From NCBI GenBank assembly GCA_964016885.1, contig OZ024759.1, positions 1,302,001-1,366,000 of the forward strand: 64,000 nt of DNA, written 5' to 3'. A program made the position numbers and the translations under genes. The notes below the pieces were generated by a model. The model saw only the letters and a list, made by a program, of their open reading frames with translations, was not told where the DNA came from and ran no database searches. The stretch comes from Eledone cirrhosa. Taxonomy: Eukaryota. Shown here in pieces: positions 1-15,400 of this stretch; within the stretch, counting starts at the first letter, position 1, and each line of letters starts with the position of its first letter.

Positions 1-59
1 ATGACAGTCTATATTAGTAACATGACAGTCCATATTAGTAGCATGACACAGTCTATATT

Positions 60-3000
60 AGTAACATGACAAAGTCTATATTAGTAACATGACAAACTCT
101 ATATTAGTAACATGACAAAGTCTATATTAGTAACATGACTAAGTCTATATTAGTAACATGACACAGTCTATATTAGTAACATGACAGTCTATATTAGTAG
201 CATGACAAAGTCTATATTAGTAACATGACAAAGTCTATATTAGTAACATGACACAGTCTATATTAGTAACATGACACAGTCTATATTAGTAACATGACAG
301 TCTATATTAGTAACATGACAAAGTCTATATTAGTAACATGGCAAAGTCTATGTTAGTAACATGACAAAGTCTATATTAGTAACATGACAGTCTATATTAG
401 TAACATGACACATTCTATATTAGTAACATGACAAAGTCTATATTAGTAGCATGACAAAGTCTATATTAGTAACATGACAGTCTATATTAGTAACATGCCA
501 AAGTCTATATTAGTAGCATGACAAAGTCTATATTAGTAACATGACACAGTCTATATTAGTAACATGACACAGTCTATATTAGTAACATGACACAGTCTAT
601 ATTAGTAGCATGACAAAGTCTATATTAGTAACATGACAAAGTCTATATTAGCAACATGACAAAGTCTATATTAGTAACATGACAAAGTCTATATTAGTAA
701 CATGACACAGTGTATATTAGTAATATGACAGTCTATATTAGTAGCATGACAAAGTCTATATTAGTAACATGACAAAGTCTATATTAGTAACATGACACAG
801 TCTATATTAGTAACATGACACAGTCTATATTAGTAACATGACACAGTCTATATTAGTAACATGACAAAGTCTATATTAGTAGCATGGCAAAGTCTATATT
901 AGTAACATGACAAAGTCTATATTAGTAACATGACAAGGTCTATATTAGTAACATGACACAGTCTATATTAGTAACATGACAAAGTCTATATTAGTAACAT
1001 GACAGTCTATATTAGTAACATGCCAAAGTCTATATTAGTAGCATGACAAAGTCTATATTAGTAGCATGACACAGTCTATATTAGTAACATGACATAGTCT
1101 ATATTAGTAACATGACACAGTCTATATTAGTAGCATGACAAAGTCTATATTAGTAACATGACAAAGTCTATATTAGTAACATGAGAAAGTCTATATTAGT
1201 AATATGACACAGTCTATATTAGTAACATGACAAAGTCTATATTAGTAACATGACACAGTCTATATTAGTAACATGACACAGTCTATATTAGTAACATGAC
1301 AAAGTCTATATTAGTAGCATGACAAAGTCTATATTAGTAACATGACAAAGTCTATATTAGTAACATGACACAGTCTATATTAGTAACATGACAAAGTCTA
1401 TATTAGTAACATGACGGTCTATATTAGTAACATGACAGTCTATATTAGTAGCATGACAAAGTCTATATTAGTAACATGACACAGTCTATATCAGTAACAT
1501 GACACAGTCTATATTAGTAACATGACAAAGTCTATATTAGTAGCATGACAAAGTCTATATTAGTAACATGACACAGTCTATATTAGTAACATGACAAAGT
1601 CTATATTAGTAGCATGACAAAGTCTATATTAGTAACATGACAAAGTCTATATTAGTAACATGACACAGTCTATATTAGTAACATGACAGTCTATATTAGT
1701 AACATGACAGTCCATATTAGTAGCATGACAAAGTCTATATTAGTAACATGACAAAGTCTATATTACTAACATGACACAGTCTATATTAGTAACATGACAC
1801 AGTCTATATTAGTAACATCATACAGTCTATATTAGTAACATGACAAAGTCTATATTAGTAACATGGCAAAGTCTATATTAGTAACATGACACAGTCTATA
1901 TTAGTAACATGACAAGGCCTATATTAGTAACATGACACAGTCTATATTAGTAACATGACAAAGTCTATATTAGTAACATGACAGTCTATATTAGTAACAT
2001 GACAAAGTCTATATTAGTAACATGACAAAGTCTATATTAGTAACATGACAGTCTATATTAGTAACATGACACAGTCTATATTAGTAACATGACAAAGTCT
2101 ATATTAGTAACATGACACAGTCTATATTAGTAACATGACACAGTCTATATTAGTAACATGACACAGTTTATATTAGTAACATGACAAAGTCTATATTAGT
2201 AACATGACAAAGTCTATATTAGTAACATGGCAGTCTATATTAGTTACATGACAAAGTCTATATTAGTAACATGACACAGTCTATATTAGTAACATGACAA
2301 AGACTCTATTAGTAACATGACAAAGTCTATATTAGTAACATGACAGTCTATATTAGTAACATGACAGTCTATATTAGTAACATGACAAAGTCTATATTAG
2401 TAACATGACAGTCTATATTGTACCATGACACAGTCTATATTAGTAACATGACATAGTCTATATTAGTAACATGACAAAGTCTATATTAGTAACATGACAG
2501 TCTATATTGTAACATGACACAGTCTATATTAGTAACATGACACAGTCTATATTAGTAACATGACAGTCTATATTAGTAACATGACAAAGTCTATATTAGT
2601 AACATGACAAAGTCTATATTAGTAACATGACAAAGTCTATATTAGTAGCATGACACAGTATATATTAGTAACATGACAAAGTCTATATTAGTAACATGAC
2701 ACAGTCTATATTAGTAACATGACAAAGTCTATATTAGTAACATGACAGTCTATATTAGTAACATGACACATTCTATATTAGTAACATGACAAAGTCTATA
2801 TTAGTAGCATGACAAAGTCTATATTAGTAACATGACAGTCTATATTAGTAACATGCCAAAGTCTATATTAGTAGCATGACAAAGTCTATATTATTAGCAT
2901 GACACAGTCTATATTAGTAACATGACATGGTCTATATTAGTAACATGACACAGTCTATATTAGTAGCATGACAAAGTCTATATTAGTAACATGACACAGT

Positions 3001-6000
3001 CTATATTAGTAACATGACACAGTCTATATTAGTAACATGACAAAGTCTATATTAGTAGCATGACAAAGTCTATATTAGTAACATGACAAAGTCTATATTA
3101 GTAACATGACACAGTCTATATTAGTAACATGACAAAGTCTATATTAGTAACATGACGGTCTATATTAGTAACATGACAGTCTATATTAGTAGCATGACAA
3201 AGTCTATATTAGTAACATGACACAGTCTATATTAGTAACATGACACAGTCTATATTAGTAATATGACAAAGTCTATATTAGTAGCATGACAAAGTCTATA
3301 TTAGTAACATGACACAGTCTATATTAGTAACATGACAAAGTCTATATTAGTAGCATGACAAAGTCTATATTAGTAACATGACAAAGTCTATATTAGTAAC
3401 ATGACACAGTCTATATTAGTAACATGACAGTCTATATTAGTAACATGACAGTCCATATTAGTAGCATGACAAAGTCTATATTAGTCACATGACAAAGTCT
3501 ATATTAGTAGCATGACAAAGTCTATATTAGTAACATGACACAGTCTATATTAGTAACATGACAAAGTCTATATTAGTAGCATGACAAAGTCTATATTAGT
3601 AACATGACACAGTCTATATTAGTAACATGACAAAGTCTATATTAGTAACATGACAAAGTCTATATTAGTAACATGACAAAGTCTATATTAGTAACATGAC
3701 TAAGTCTATATTAGTAACATGACACAGTCTATATTAGTAACATGACAGTCTATATTAGTAGCATGACAAAGTCTATATTAGTAACATGACAAAGTCTATA
3801 TTAGTAACATGACACAGTCTATATTAGTAACATGACACAGTCTATATTAGTAACATGACAGTCTATATTTGTAACATGACAAAGTCTATATTAGTAACAT
3901 GTCAAAGTCTATGTTAGTAACATGACAAAGTCTATATTAGTAACATGACAGTCTATATTAGTAACATGACACATTCTATATTAGTAACATGACAAAGTCT
4001 ATATTAGTAGCATGACAAAGTCTATATTAGTAACATGACAGTCTATATTAGTAACATGCCAAAGTCTATATTAGTAGCATGACAAAGTCTATATTAGTAA
4101 CATGACACAGTCTATATTAGTAACATGACACAGTCTATATTAGTAACATGACACAGTCTATATTAGTAGCATGACAAAGTCTATATTAGTAACATGACAA
4201 AGTCTATATTAGCAACATGACAAAGTCTATATTAGTAACATGACAAAGTCTATATTAGTAACATGACACAGTGTATATTAGTAATATGACAGTCTATATT
4301 AGTAGCATGACAAAGTCTATATTAGTAACATGACAAAGTCTATATTAGTAACATGACACAGTCTATATTAGTAACATGACACAGTCTATATTAGTAACAT
4401 GACACAGTCTATATTAGTAACATGACAAAGTCTATATTAGTAACATGGCAAAGTCTATATTAGTAACATGACAAAGTCTATATTAGTAACATGACAAGGT
4501 CTATATTAGTAACATGACACAGTCTATATTAGTAACATGACAAAGTCTATATTAGTAACATGACAGTCTATATTAGTAACATGCCAAAGTCTATATTAGT
4601 AGCATGACAAAGTCTATATTAGTAGCATGACACAGTCTATATTAGTAACATGACATAGTCTATATTAGTAACATGACACAGTCTATATTAGTAGCATGAC
4701 AAAGTCTATATTAGTAACATGACAAAGTCTATATTAGTAACATGAGAAAGTCTATATTAGTAATATGACACAGTCTATATTAGTAACATGACAAAGTCTA
4801 TATTAGTAACATGACACAGTCTATATTAGTAACATGACACAGTCTATATTAGTAACATGACAAAGTCTATATTAGTAGCATGACAAAGTCTATATTAGTA
4901 ACATGACAAAGTCTATATTAGTAACATGACACAGTGTATATTAGTAACATGACAAAGTCTATATTAGTAACATGACGGTCTATATTAGTAACATGACAGT
5001 CTATATTAGTAGCATGACAAAGTCTATATTAGTAACATGACACAGTCTATATCAGTAACATGACACAGTCTATATTAGTAACATGACAAAGTCTATATTA
5101 GTAGCATGACAAAGTCTATATTAGTAACATGACACAGTCTATATTAGTAACATGACAAAGTCTATATTAGTAGCATGACAAAGTCTATATTAGTAACATG
5201 ACAAAGTCTATATTAGTAACATGACACAGTCTATATTAGTAACATGACAGTCTATATTAGTAACATGACAGTCCATATTAGTAGCATGACAAAGTCTATA
5301 TTAGTAACATGACAAAGTCTATATTAGTAACATGACACAGTCCATATTAGTAACATGACACAGTCTATATTAGTAACATCATACAGTCTATATTAGTAAC
5401 ATGACAAAGTCTATATTAGTAACATGGCAAAGTCTATATTAGTAACATGACACAGTCTATATTAGTAACATGACAAGGCCTATATTAGTAACATGACACA
5501 GTCTATATTAGTAACATGACAAAGTCTATATTAGTAACATGACAGTCTATATTAGTAACATGACAAAGTCTATATTAGTAACATGACAAAGTCTATATTA
5601 GTAACATGACAGTCTATATTAGTAACATGACACAGTCTATATTAGTAACATGACAAAGTCTATATTAGTAACATGACACAGTCTATATTAGTAACATGTC
5701 ACAGTCTATATTAGTAACATGACACAGTTTATATTAGTAACATGACAAAGTCTATATTAGTAACATGACAAAGTCTATATTAGTAACATGGCAGTCTATA
5801 TTAGTTACATGACAAAGTCTATATTAGTAACATGACACAGTCTATATTAGTAACATGACAAAGACTCTATTAGTAACATGACAAAGTCTATATTAGTAAC
5901 ATGACAGTCTATATTAGTAACATGACAGTCTATATTAGTAACATGACAAAGTCTATATTAGTAACATGACAGTCTATATTGTACCATGACACAGTCTATA

Positions 6001-6450
6001 TTAGTAACATGACATAGTCTATATTAGTAACATGACAAAGTCTATATTAGTAACATGACAGTCTATATTGTAACATGACACAGTCTATATTAGTAACATG
6101 ACACAGTCTATATTAGTAACATGACAGTCTATATTAGTAACATGACAAAGTCTATATTAGTAACATGACAAAGTCTATATTAGTAACATGACAAAGTCTA
6201 TATTAGTAGCATGACACAGTCTATATTAGTAACATGACAAAGTCTATATTAGTAACATGACACAGTCTATATTAGTAACATGACAAAGTCTATATTAGTA
6301 ACATGACAGTCTATATTAGTAACATGACACATTCTATATTAGTAACATGACAAAGTCTATATTAGTAGCATGACAAAGTCTATATTAGTAACATGACAGT
6401 CTATATTAGTAACATGCCAAAGTCTATATTAGTAGCATGACAAAGTCTAT
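60..6450. repeat. Higher-order duplication, 3,561-bp offset (about 60-2,890 repeated at about 3,620-6,450)
   Basis: Markers at constant offset: ATGACTAAG 135/3696, ATGAGAAAG 1181/4742, ATCATAC 1817/5378, GACTCT 2302/5863, ATGCC 2853/6414. Boundaries approximate. Confidence 0.9.
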
Positions 6451-9400
6451 ATTAGTAACATGACACAGTCTATATTAGTAACATGACACAGTCTATATTA
6501 GTAACATGAGAGTCTATATTAGTAACATGACAAAGTCTATATTAGTAACATGACAAAGTCTATATTAGTAACATGACAAAGTCTATATTAGTAGCATGAC
6601 ACAGTCTATATTAGTAACGTGACAAAGTCTATATTAGTAACATGACACAGTCTATATTAGTAACATGACAAAGTCTATATTAGTAACATGACAGTCTATA
6701 TTAGTAACATGACACATTCTATATTAGTAACATGACAAAGTCTATATTAGTAGCATGACAAAGTCTATATTAGTAACATGACAGTCTATATTAGTAACAT
6801 GCCAAAGTCTATATTAGTAGCATGACAAAGTCTATATTAGTAACATGACACAGTCTATATTAGTAACATGACACAGTCTATATTAGTAACATGACACAGT
6901 CTATATTAGTAGCATGACAAAGTCTATATTAGTAACATGACAAAGTCTATATTAGCAACATGACAAAGTCTATATTAGTAACATGACAAAGTCTATATTA
7001 GTAACATGACACAGTGTATATTAGTAATATGACAGTCTATATTAGTAGCATGACAAAGTCTATATTAGTAACATGACAAAGTCTATATTAGTAACATGAC
7101 ACAGTCTATATTAGTAACATGACACAGTCTATATTAGTAACATGACACAGTCTATATTAGTAACATGACAAAGTCTATATTAGTAACATGGCAAAGTCTA
7201 TATTAGTAACATGACAAAGTCTATATTAGTAACATGACAAGGTCTATATTAGTAACATGACACAGTCTATATTAGTAACATCACAAAGTCTATATTAGTA
7301 ACATGACAGTCTATATTAGTAACATGCCAAAGTCTATATTAGTAGCATGACAAAGTCTATATTAGTAGCATGACACAGTCTATATTAGTAACATGACATA
7401 GTCTATATTAGTAGCATGACACAGTCTATATTAGTAGCATGACAAAGTCTATATTAGTAACATGACAAAGTCTATATTAGTAACATGAGAAAGTCTATAT
7501 TAGTAATATGACACAGTCTATATTAGTAACATGACAAAGTCTATATTAGTAACATGACACAGTCTATATTAGTAACATGACACAGTCTATATTAGTAACA
7601 TGACAAAGTCTATATTAGTAACATGACAGTCTATATTAGTAACATGACAAAGTCTATATTAGTAACATGGCAAAATCTATGTTAGTAACATGACAAAGTC
7701 TATATTAGTAACATGACAGTCTATATTAGTAACATGACACATTCTATATTAGTAACATGACAAAGTCTATATTAGTAGCATGACAAAGTCTATATTAGTA
7801 ACATGACAGTCTATATTAGTAACATGCCAAAGTCTATATTAGTAGCATGACAAAGTCTATATTAGTAACATGACACAGTCTATATTAGTAACATGACACA
7901 GTCTATATTAGTAACATGACACAGTCTATATTAGTAGCATGACAAAGTCTATATTAGTAACATGACAAAGTCTATATTAGCAACATGACAAAGTCTATAT
8001 TAGTAACATGACAAAGTCTATATTAGTAACATGACACAGTGTATATTAGTAATATGACAGTCTATATTAGTAGCATGACAAAGTCTATATCAGTAACATG
8101 ACAAAGTCTATATTAGTAACATGACACAGTCTATATTAGTAACATGACACAGTCTATATTAGTAACATGACACAGTCTATATTAGTAACATGTCAAAGTC
8201 TATATTAGTAACATGGCAAAGTCTATATTAGTAACATGACAAAGTCTATATTAGTAACATGACAAGGTCTATATTAGTAACATGACACAGTCTATATTAG
8301 TAACATGACAAAGTCTATATTAGTAACATGACAGTCTATATTAGTAACATGCCAAAGTCTATATTAGTAGCATGACAAAGTCTATATTAGTAACATGACA
8401 CAGTCTATATTAGTAGCATGACAAAGTCTATATTAGTAACATGACAAAGTCTATATTAGTAACATGAGAAAGTCTATATTAGTAATATGACACAGTCTAT
8501 ATTAGTAACATGACAAAGTCTATATTAGTAACATGACACAGTCTATATTAGTAACATGACACAGTCTATATTAGTAACATGACAAAGTCTATATTAGTAG
8601 CATGACAAAGTCTATATTAGTAACATGACAAAGTCTATATTAGTAACATGACACAGTCTATATTAGTAACATGACAAAGTCTATATTAGTAACATGACGG
8701 TCTATATTAGTAACATGACAGTCTATATTAATAGCATGACAAAGTCTATATTAGTAACATGACACAGTCTATATCAGTAACATGACACAGTCTATATTAG
8801 TAACATGACAAAGTCTATATTAGTAGCATGACAAAGTCTATATTAGTAACATGACACAGTCTATATTAGTAACATGACAAAGTCTATATTAGTAGCATGA
8901 CAAAGTCTATATTAGTAACATGACAAAGTCTATATTAGTAACATGACACAGTCTATATTAGTAACATGACAGTCTATATTAGTAACATGACAGTCCATAA
9001 TAGTAGCATGACAAAGTCTATATTAGTAACATGACAAAGTCTATATTAGTAACATGACACAGTCTATATTAGTAACATGACACAGTCTATATTAGTAACA
9101 TCATACAGTCTATATTAGTAACATGACAAAGTCTATATTAGTAACATGGCAAAGTCTATATTAGTAACATGACACAGTCTATATTAGTAACATGACAAGG
9201 CCTATATTAGTAACATGACACAGTCTATATTAGTAACATGACAAAGTCTATATTAGTAACATGACAGTCTATATTAGTAACATGACAAAGTCTATATTAG
9301 TAACATGACAAAGTCTATATTAGTAACATGACAGTCTATATTAGTAACATGACACAGTCTATATTAGTAACATGACAAAGTCTATATTAGTAACATGACA

Positions 9401-12400
9401 CAGTCTATATTAGTAACATGACACAGTTTATATTAGTAACATGACAAAGTCTATATTAGTAACATGACAAAGTCTATATTAGTAACATGGCAGTCTATAT
9501 TAGTTACATGACAAAGTCTATATTAGTAACATGACACAGTCTATATTAGTAACATGACAAAGACTCTATTAGTAACATGACAAAGTCTATATTAGTAACA
9601 TGACAGTCTATATTAGTAACATGACAGTCTATATTAGTAACATGACAAAGTCTATATTAGTAACATGACAGTCTATATTGTACCATGACACAGTCTATAT
9701 TAGTAACATGACATAGTCTATATTAGTAACATGACAAAGTCTATATTAGTAACATGACAGTCTATATTGTAACATGACACAGTCTATATTAGTAACATGA
9801 CAGACTATATTAGTAACATGACAGTCTATATTAGTAACATGACAAAGTCTATATTAGTAACATGACAAAGTCTATATTAGTAACATGACAAAGTCTATAT
9901 TAGTAGCATGACACAGTCTATATTAGTAACATGACAAAGACTATATTAGTAACATGACACAGTCTATATTAGTAACATGACAAAGTCTATATTAGTAACA
10001 TGACAGTCTATATTAGTAACATGACACATTCTATATTAGTAACATGACAAAGTCTATATTAGTAGCATGACAAAGTCTATATTAGTAACATGACAGTCTA
10101 TATTAGTAACATGCCAAAGTCTATATTAGTAGCATGACAAAGTCTATATTAGTAACATGACACAGTCTATATTAGTAACATGACACAGTCTATATTAGTA
10201 ACATGACACAGTCTATATTAGTAGCATGACAAAGTCTATATTAGTAACATGACAAAGTCTATATTAGCAACATGACAAAGTCTATATTAGTAACATGACA
10301 AAGTCTATATTAGTAACATGACACAGTGTATATTAGTAATATGACAGTCTATATTAGTAGCATGACAAAGTCTATATTAGTAACATGACAAAGTCTATAT
10401 TAGTAACATGACACAGTCTATATTAGTAACATGACACAGTCTATATTAGTAACATGACACAGTCTATATTAGTAACATGACAAAGTCTATATTAGTAACA
10501 TGGCAAAGTCTATATTAGTAACATGACAAAGTCTATATTAGTAACATGACAAGGTCTATATTAGTAACATGACACAGTCTATATTAGTAACATGACAAAG
10601 TCTATATTAGTAACATGACAGTCTATATTAGTAACATGCCAAAGTCTATATTAGTAGCATGACAAAGTCTATATTAGTAGCATGACACAGTCTATATTAG
10701 TAACATGACATAGTCTATATTAGTAACATGACACAGTCTATATTAGTAGCATGACAAAGTCTATATTAGTAACATGACAAAGTCTATATTAGTAACATGA
10801 GAAAGTCTATATTAGTAATATGACACAGTCTATATTAGTAACATGACAAAGTCTATATTAGTAACATGACACAGTCTATATTAGTAACATGACACAGTCT
10901 ATATTAGTAACATGACAAAGTCTATATTAGTAGCATGACAAAGTCTATATTAGTAACATGACAAAGTCTATATTAGTAACATGACACAGTCTATATTAGT
11001 AACATGACAAAGTCTATATTAGTAACATGACGGTCTATATTAGTAACATGACAGTCTATATTAGTAGCATGACAAAGTCTATATTAGTAACATGACACAG
11101 TCTATATCAGTAACATGACACAGTCTATATTAGTAACATGACAAAGTCTATATTAGTAGCATGACAAAGTCTATATTAGTAACATGACACAGTCTATATT
11201 AGTAACATGACACAGTCTATATTAGTAGCATGACAAAGTCTATATTAGTAACATGACAAAGTCTATATTAGTAACATGACACAGTCTATATTAGTAACAT
11301 GACAGTCTATATTAGTAACATGACAGTCCATATTAGTAGCATGACAAAGTCTATATTAGTAACATGACAAAGTCTATATTAGTAACATGACACAGTCTAT
11401 ATTAGTAACATGACACAGTCTATATTAGTAACATCATACAGTCTATATTAGTAACATGACAAAGTCTATATTAGTAACATGGCAAAGTCTATATTAGTAA
11501 CATGACACAGTCTATATTAGTAACATGACAAGGCCTATATTAGTAACATGACACAGTCTATATTAGTAACATGACAAAGTCTATATTAGTAACATGACAG
11601 TCTATATTAGTAACATGACAAAGTCTATATTAGTAACATGACAAAGTCTATATTAGTAACATGACAGTCTATATTAGTAACATGACACAGTCTATATTAG
11701 TAACATGACAAAGTCTATATTAGTAACATGACACAGTCGATATTAGTAACATGACACAGTCTATATTATTAACATGACACAGTTTATATTAGTAACATGA
11801 CAAAGTCTATATTAGTAACATGACAAAGTCTATATTAGTAACATGGCAGTCTATATTAGTTACATGACAAAGTCTATATTAGTAACATGACACAGTCTAT
11901 ATTAGTAACATGACAAAGACTCTATTAGTAACATGACAAAGTCTATATTAGTAACATGACAGTCTATATTAGTAACATGACAGTCTATATTAGTAACATG
12001 ACAAGATCTATATTAGTAACATGACAGTCTATATTGTACCATGACAAAGTCTATATTAGTAACATGACAAAGTCTATATTAGTAACATGACATAGTCTAT
12101 ATTAGTAACATAACAAAGTCTATATTAGTAACATGACAGTCTATATTGTAACATGACACAGTCTATATTAGTAACATGACACAGTCTATATTAGTAACAT
12201 GACAGTCTATATTAGTAACATGACAAAGTCTATATTAGTAACATGACAAAGTCTATATTAGTAACATGACAAAGTCTATATTAGTAACATGACACAGTCT
12301 ATATTAGTAACATGACAAAGTCTATATTAGTAACATGACATAGTCTATATTAGTAACATGACAAAGTCTATATTAGGAGCATGACACAGTCTAAATTAGT

Positions 12401-15400
12401 AATATGACACAGTCTATATTAGTAACATGACAGTCTATATTAGTAACATGACACAGTCTATATTAGTAACATGACAAAGTCTATATTAGTAGTATGACAA
12501 AGTCTATATTAGTAACATGACAGTCTATATTAGTAACATGACAAAGTCTATATTAGTAGCATGACAAAGTCTATATTAGTAGCATGACACAGTCTATATT
12601 AGTAACATGACACAGTCTATATTAGTAACATGACACAGTCTATATTAGTAACATGACAGTCTATATTAGTAACATGACAAAGTCTATATTAGTAACATGA
12701 CAAAGTCTATATTAGTAACATGACAGTCTATATTAGTAACATGACAAAGTCTATATTAGTAGCATGACAAAGTCTATATTAGTAACATGACAGTCTATAT
12801 TAGTAACATGCCAAAGTCTATATTAGTAGCATGACAAAGTCTATATTAGTAACATGACACAGTCTATATTAGTAACATGACACAGTCTATATTAGTAACA
12901 TGACAGTCTATATTAGTAACATGACAAAGTCTATATTAGTAACATGACAAAGTCTATATTAGTAACATGACAAAGTCTATATTAGTAGCATGACACAGTC
13001 TATATTAGTAACATGACAAAGTCTATATTAGTAACATGACACAGTCTATATTAGTAACATGACAAAGTCTATATTAGTAACATGACAGTCTATATTAGTA
13101 ACATGACACATTCTATATTAGTAACATGACAAAGTCTATATTAGTAGCATGACAAAGTCTATATTAGTAACATGACAGTCTATATTAGTAACATGCCAAA
13201 GTCTATATTAGTAGCATGACAAAGTCTATATTAGTAACATGACACAGTCTATATTAGTAACATGACACAGTCTATATTAGTAACATGACACAGTCTATAT
13301 TAGTAGCATGACAAAGTCTATATTAGTAACATGACAAAGTCTATATTAGCAACATGACAAAGTCTATATTAGTAACATGACAAAGTCTATATTAGTAACA
13401 TGACACAGTGTATATTAGTAATATGACAGTCTATATTAGTAGCATGACAAAGTCTATATTAGTAACATGACAAAGTCTATATTAGTAACATGACACAGTC
13501 TATATTAGTAACATGACACAGTCTATATTAGTAACATGACACAGTCTATATTAGTAACATGACAAAGTCTATATTAGTAACATGGCAAAGTCTATATTAG
13601 TAACATGACAAAGTCTATATTAGTAACATGACAAGGTCTATATTAGTAACATGACACAGTCTATATTAGTAACATCACAAAGTCTATATTAGTAACATGA
13701 CAGTCTATATTAGTAACATGCCAAAGTCTATATTAGTAGCATGACAAAGTCTATATTAGTAGCATGACACAGTCTATATTAGTAACATGACATAGTCTAT
13801 ATTAGTAACATGACACAGTCTATATTAGTAGCATGACAAAGTCTATATTAGTAACATGACAAAGTCTATATTAGTAACATGAGAAAGTCTATATTAGTAA
13901 TATGACACAGTCTATATTAGTAACATGACAAAGTCTATATTAGTAACATGACACAGTCTATATTAGTAACATGACACAGTCTATATTAGTAACATGACAA
14001 AGTCTATATTAGTAACATGACAGTCTATATTAGTAACATGACAAAGTCTATATTAGTAACATGGCAAAGTCTATGTTAGTAACATGACAAAGTCTATATT
14101 AGTAACATGACAGTCTATATTAGTAACATGACACATTCTATATTAGTAACATGACAAAGTCTATATTAGTAGCATGACAAAGTCTATATTAGTAACATGA
14201 CAGTCTATATTAGTAACATGCCAAAGTCTATATTAGTAGCATGACAAAGTCTATATTAGTAACATGACACAGTCTATATTAGTAACATGACACAGTCTAT
14301 ATTAGTAACATGACACAGTCTATATTAGTAGCATGACAAAGTCTATATTAGTAACATGACAAAGTCTATATTAGCAACATGACAAAGTCTATATTAGTAA
14401 CATGACAAAGTCTATATTAGTAACATAACACAGTGTATATTAGTAATATGACAGTCTATATTAGTAGCATGACAAAGTCTATATTAGTAACATGACAAAG
14501 TCTATATTAGTAACATGACACAGTCTATATTAGTAACATGACACAGTCTATATTAGTAACATGACACAGTCTATATTAGTAACATGTCAAAGTCTATATT
14601 AGTAACATGGCAAAGTCTATATTAGTAACATGACAAAGTCTATATTAGTAACATGACAAGGTCTATATTAGTAACATGACACAGTCTATATTAGTAACAT
14701 GACAAAGTCTATATTAGTAACATGACAGTCTATATTAGTAACATGCCAAAGTCTATATTAGTAGCATGACAAAGTCTATATTAGTAGCATGACACAGTCT
14801 ATATTAGTAACATGACATAGTCTATATTAGTAACATGACACAGTCTATATTAGTAGCATGACAAAGTCTATATTAGTAACATGACAAAGTTTATATTAGT
14901 AACATGAGAAAGTCTATATTAGTAATATGACACAGTCTATATTAGTAACATGACAAAGTCTATATTAGTAACATGACACAGTCTATATTAGTAACATGAC
15001 ACAGTCTATATTAGTAACATGACAAAGTCTATATTAGTAGCATGACAAAGTCTATATTAGTAACATGACAAAGTCTATATTAGTAACATGACACAGTCTA
15101 TATTAGTAACATGACAAAGTCTATATTAGTAACATGACGGTCTATATTAGTAACATGACAGTCTATATTAGTAGCATGACAAAGTCTATATTAGTAACAT
15201 GACACAGTCTATATCAGTAACATGACACAGTCTATATTAGTAACATGACAAAGTCTATATTAGTAGCATGACAAAGTCTATATTAGTAACATGACACAGT
15301 CTATATTAGTAACATGACAAAGTCTATATTAGTAGCATGACAAAGTCTATATTAGTAACATGACAAAGTCTATATTAGTAACATGACACAGTCTATATTA

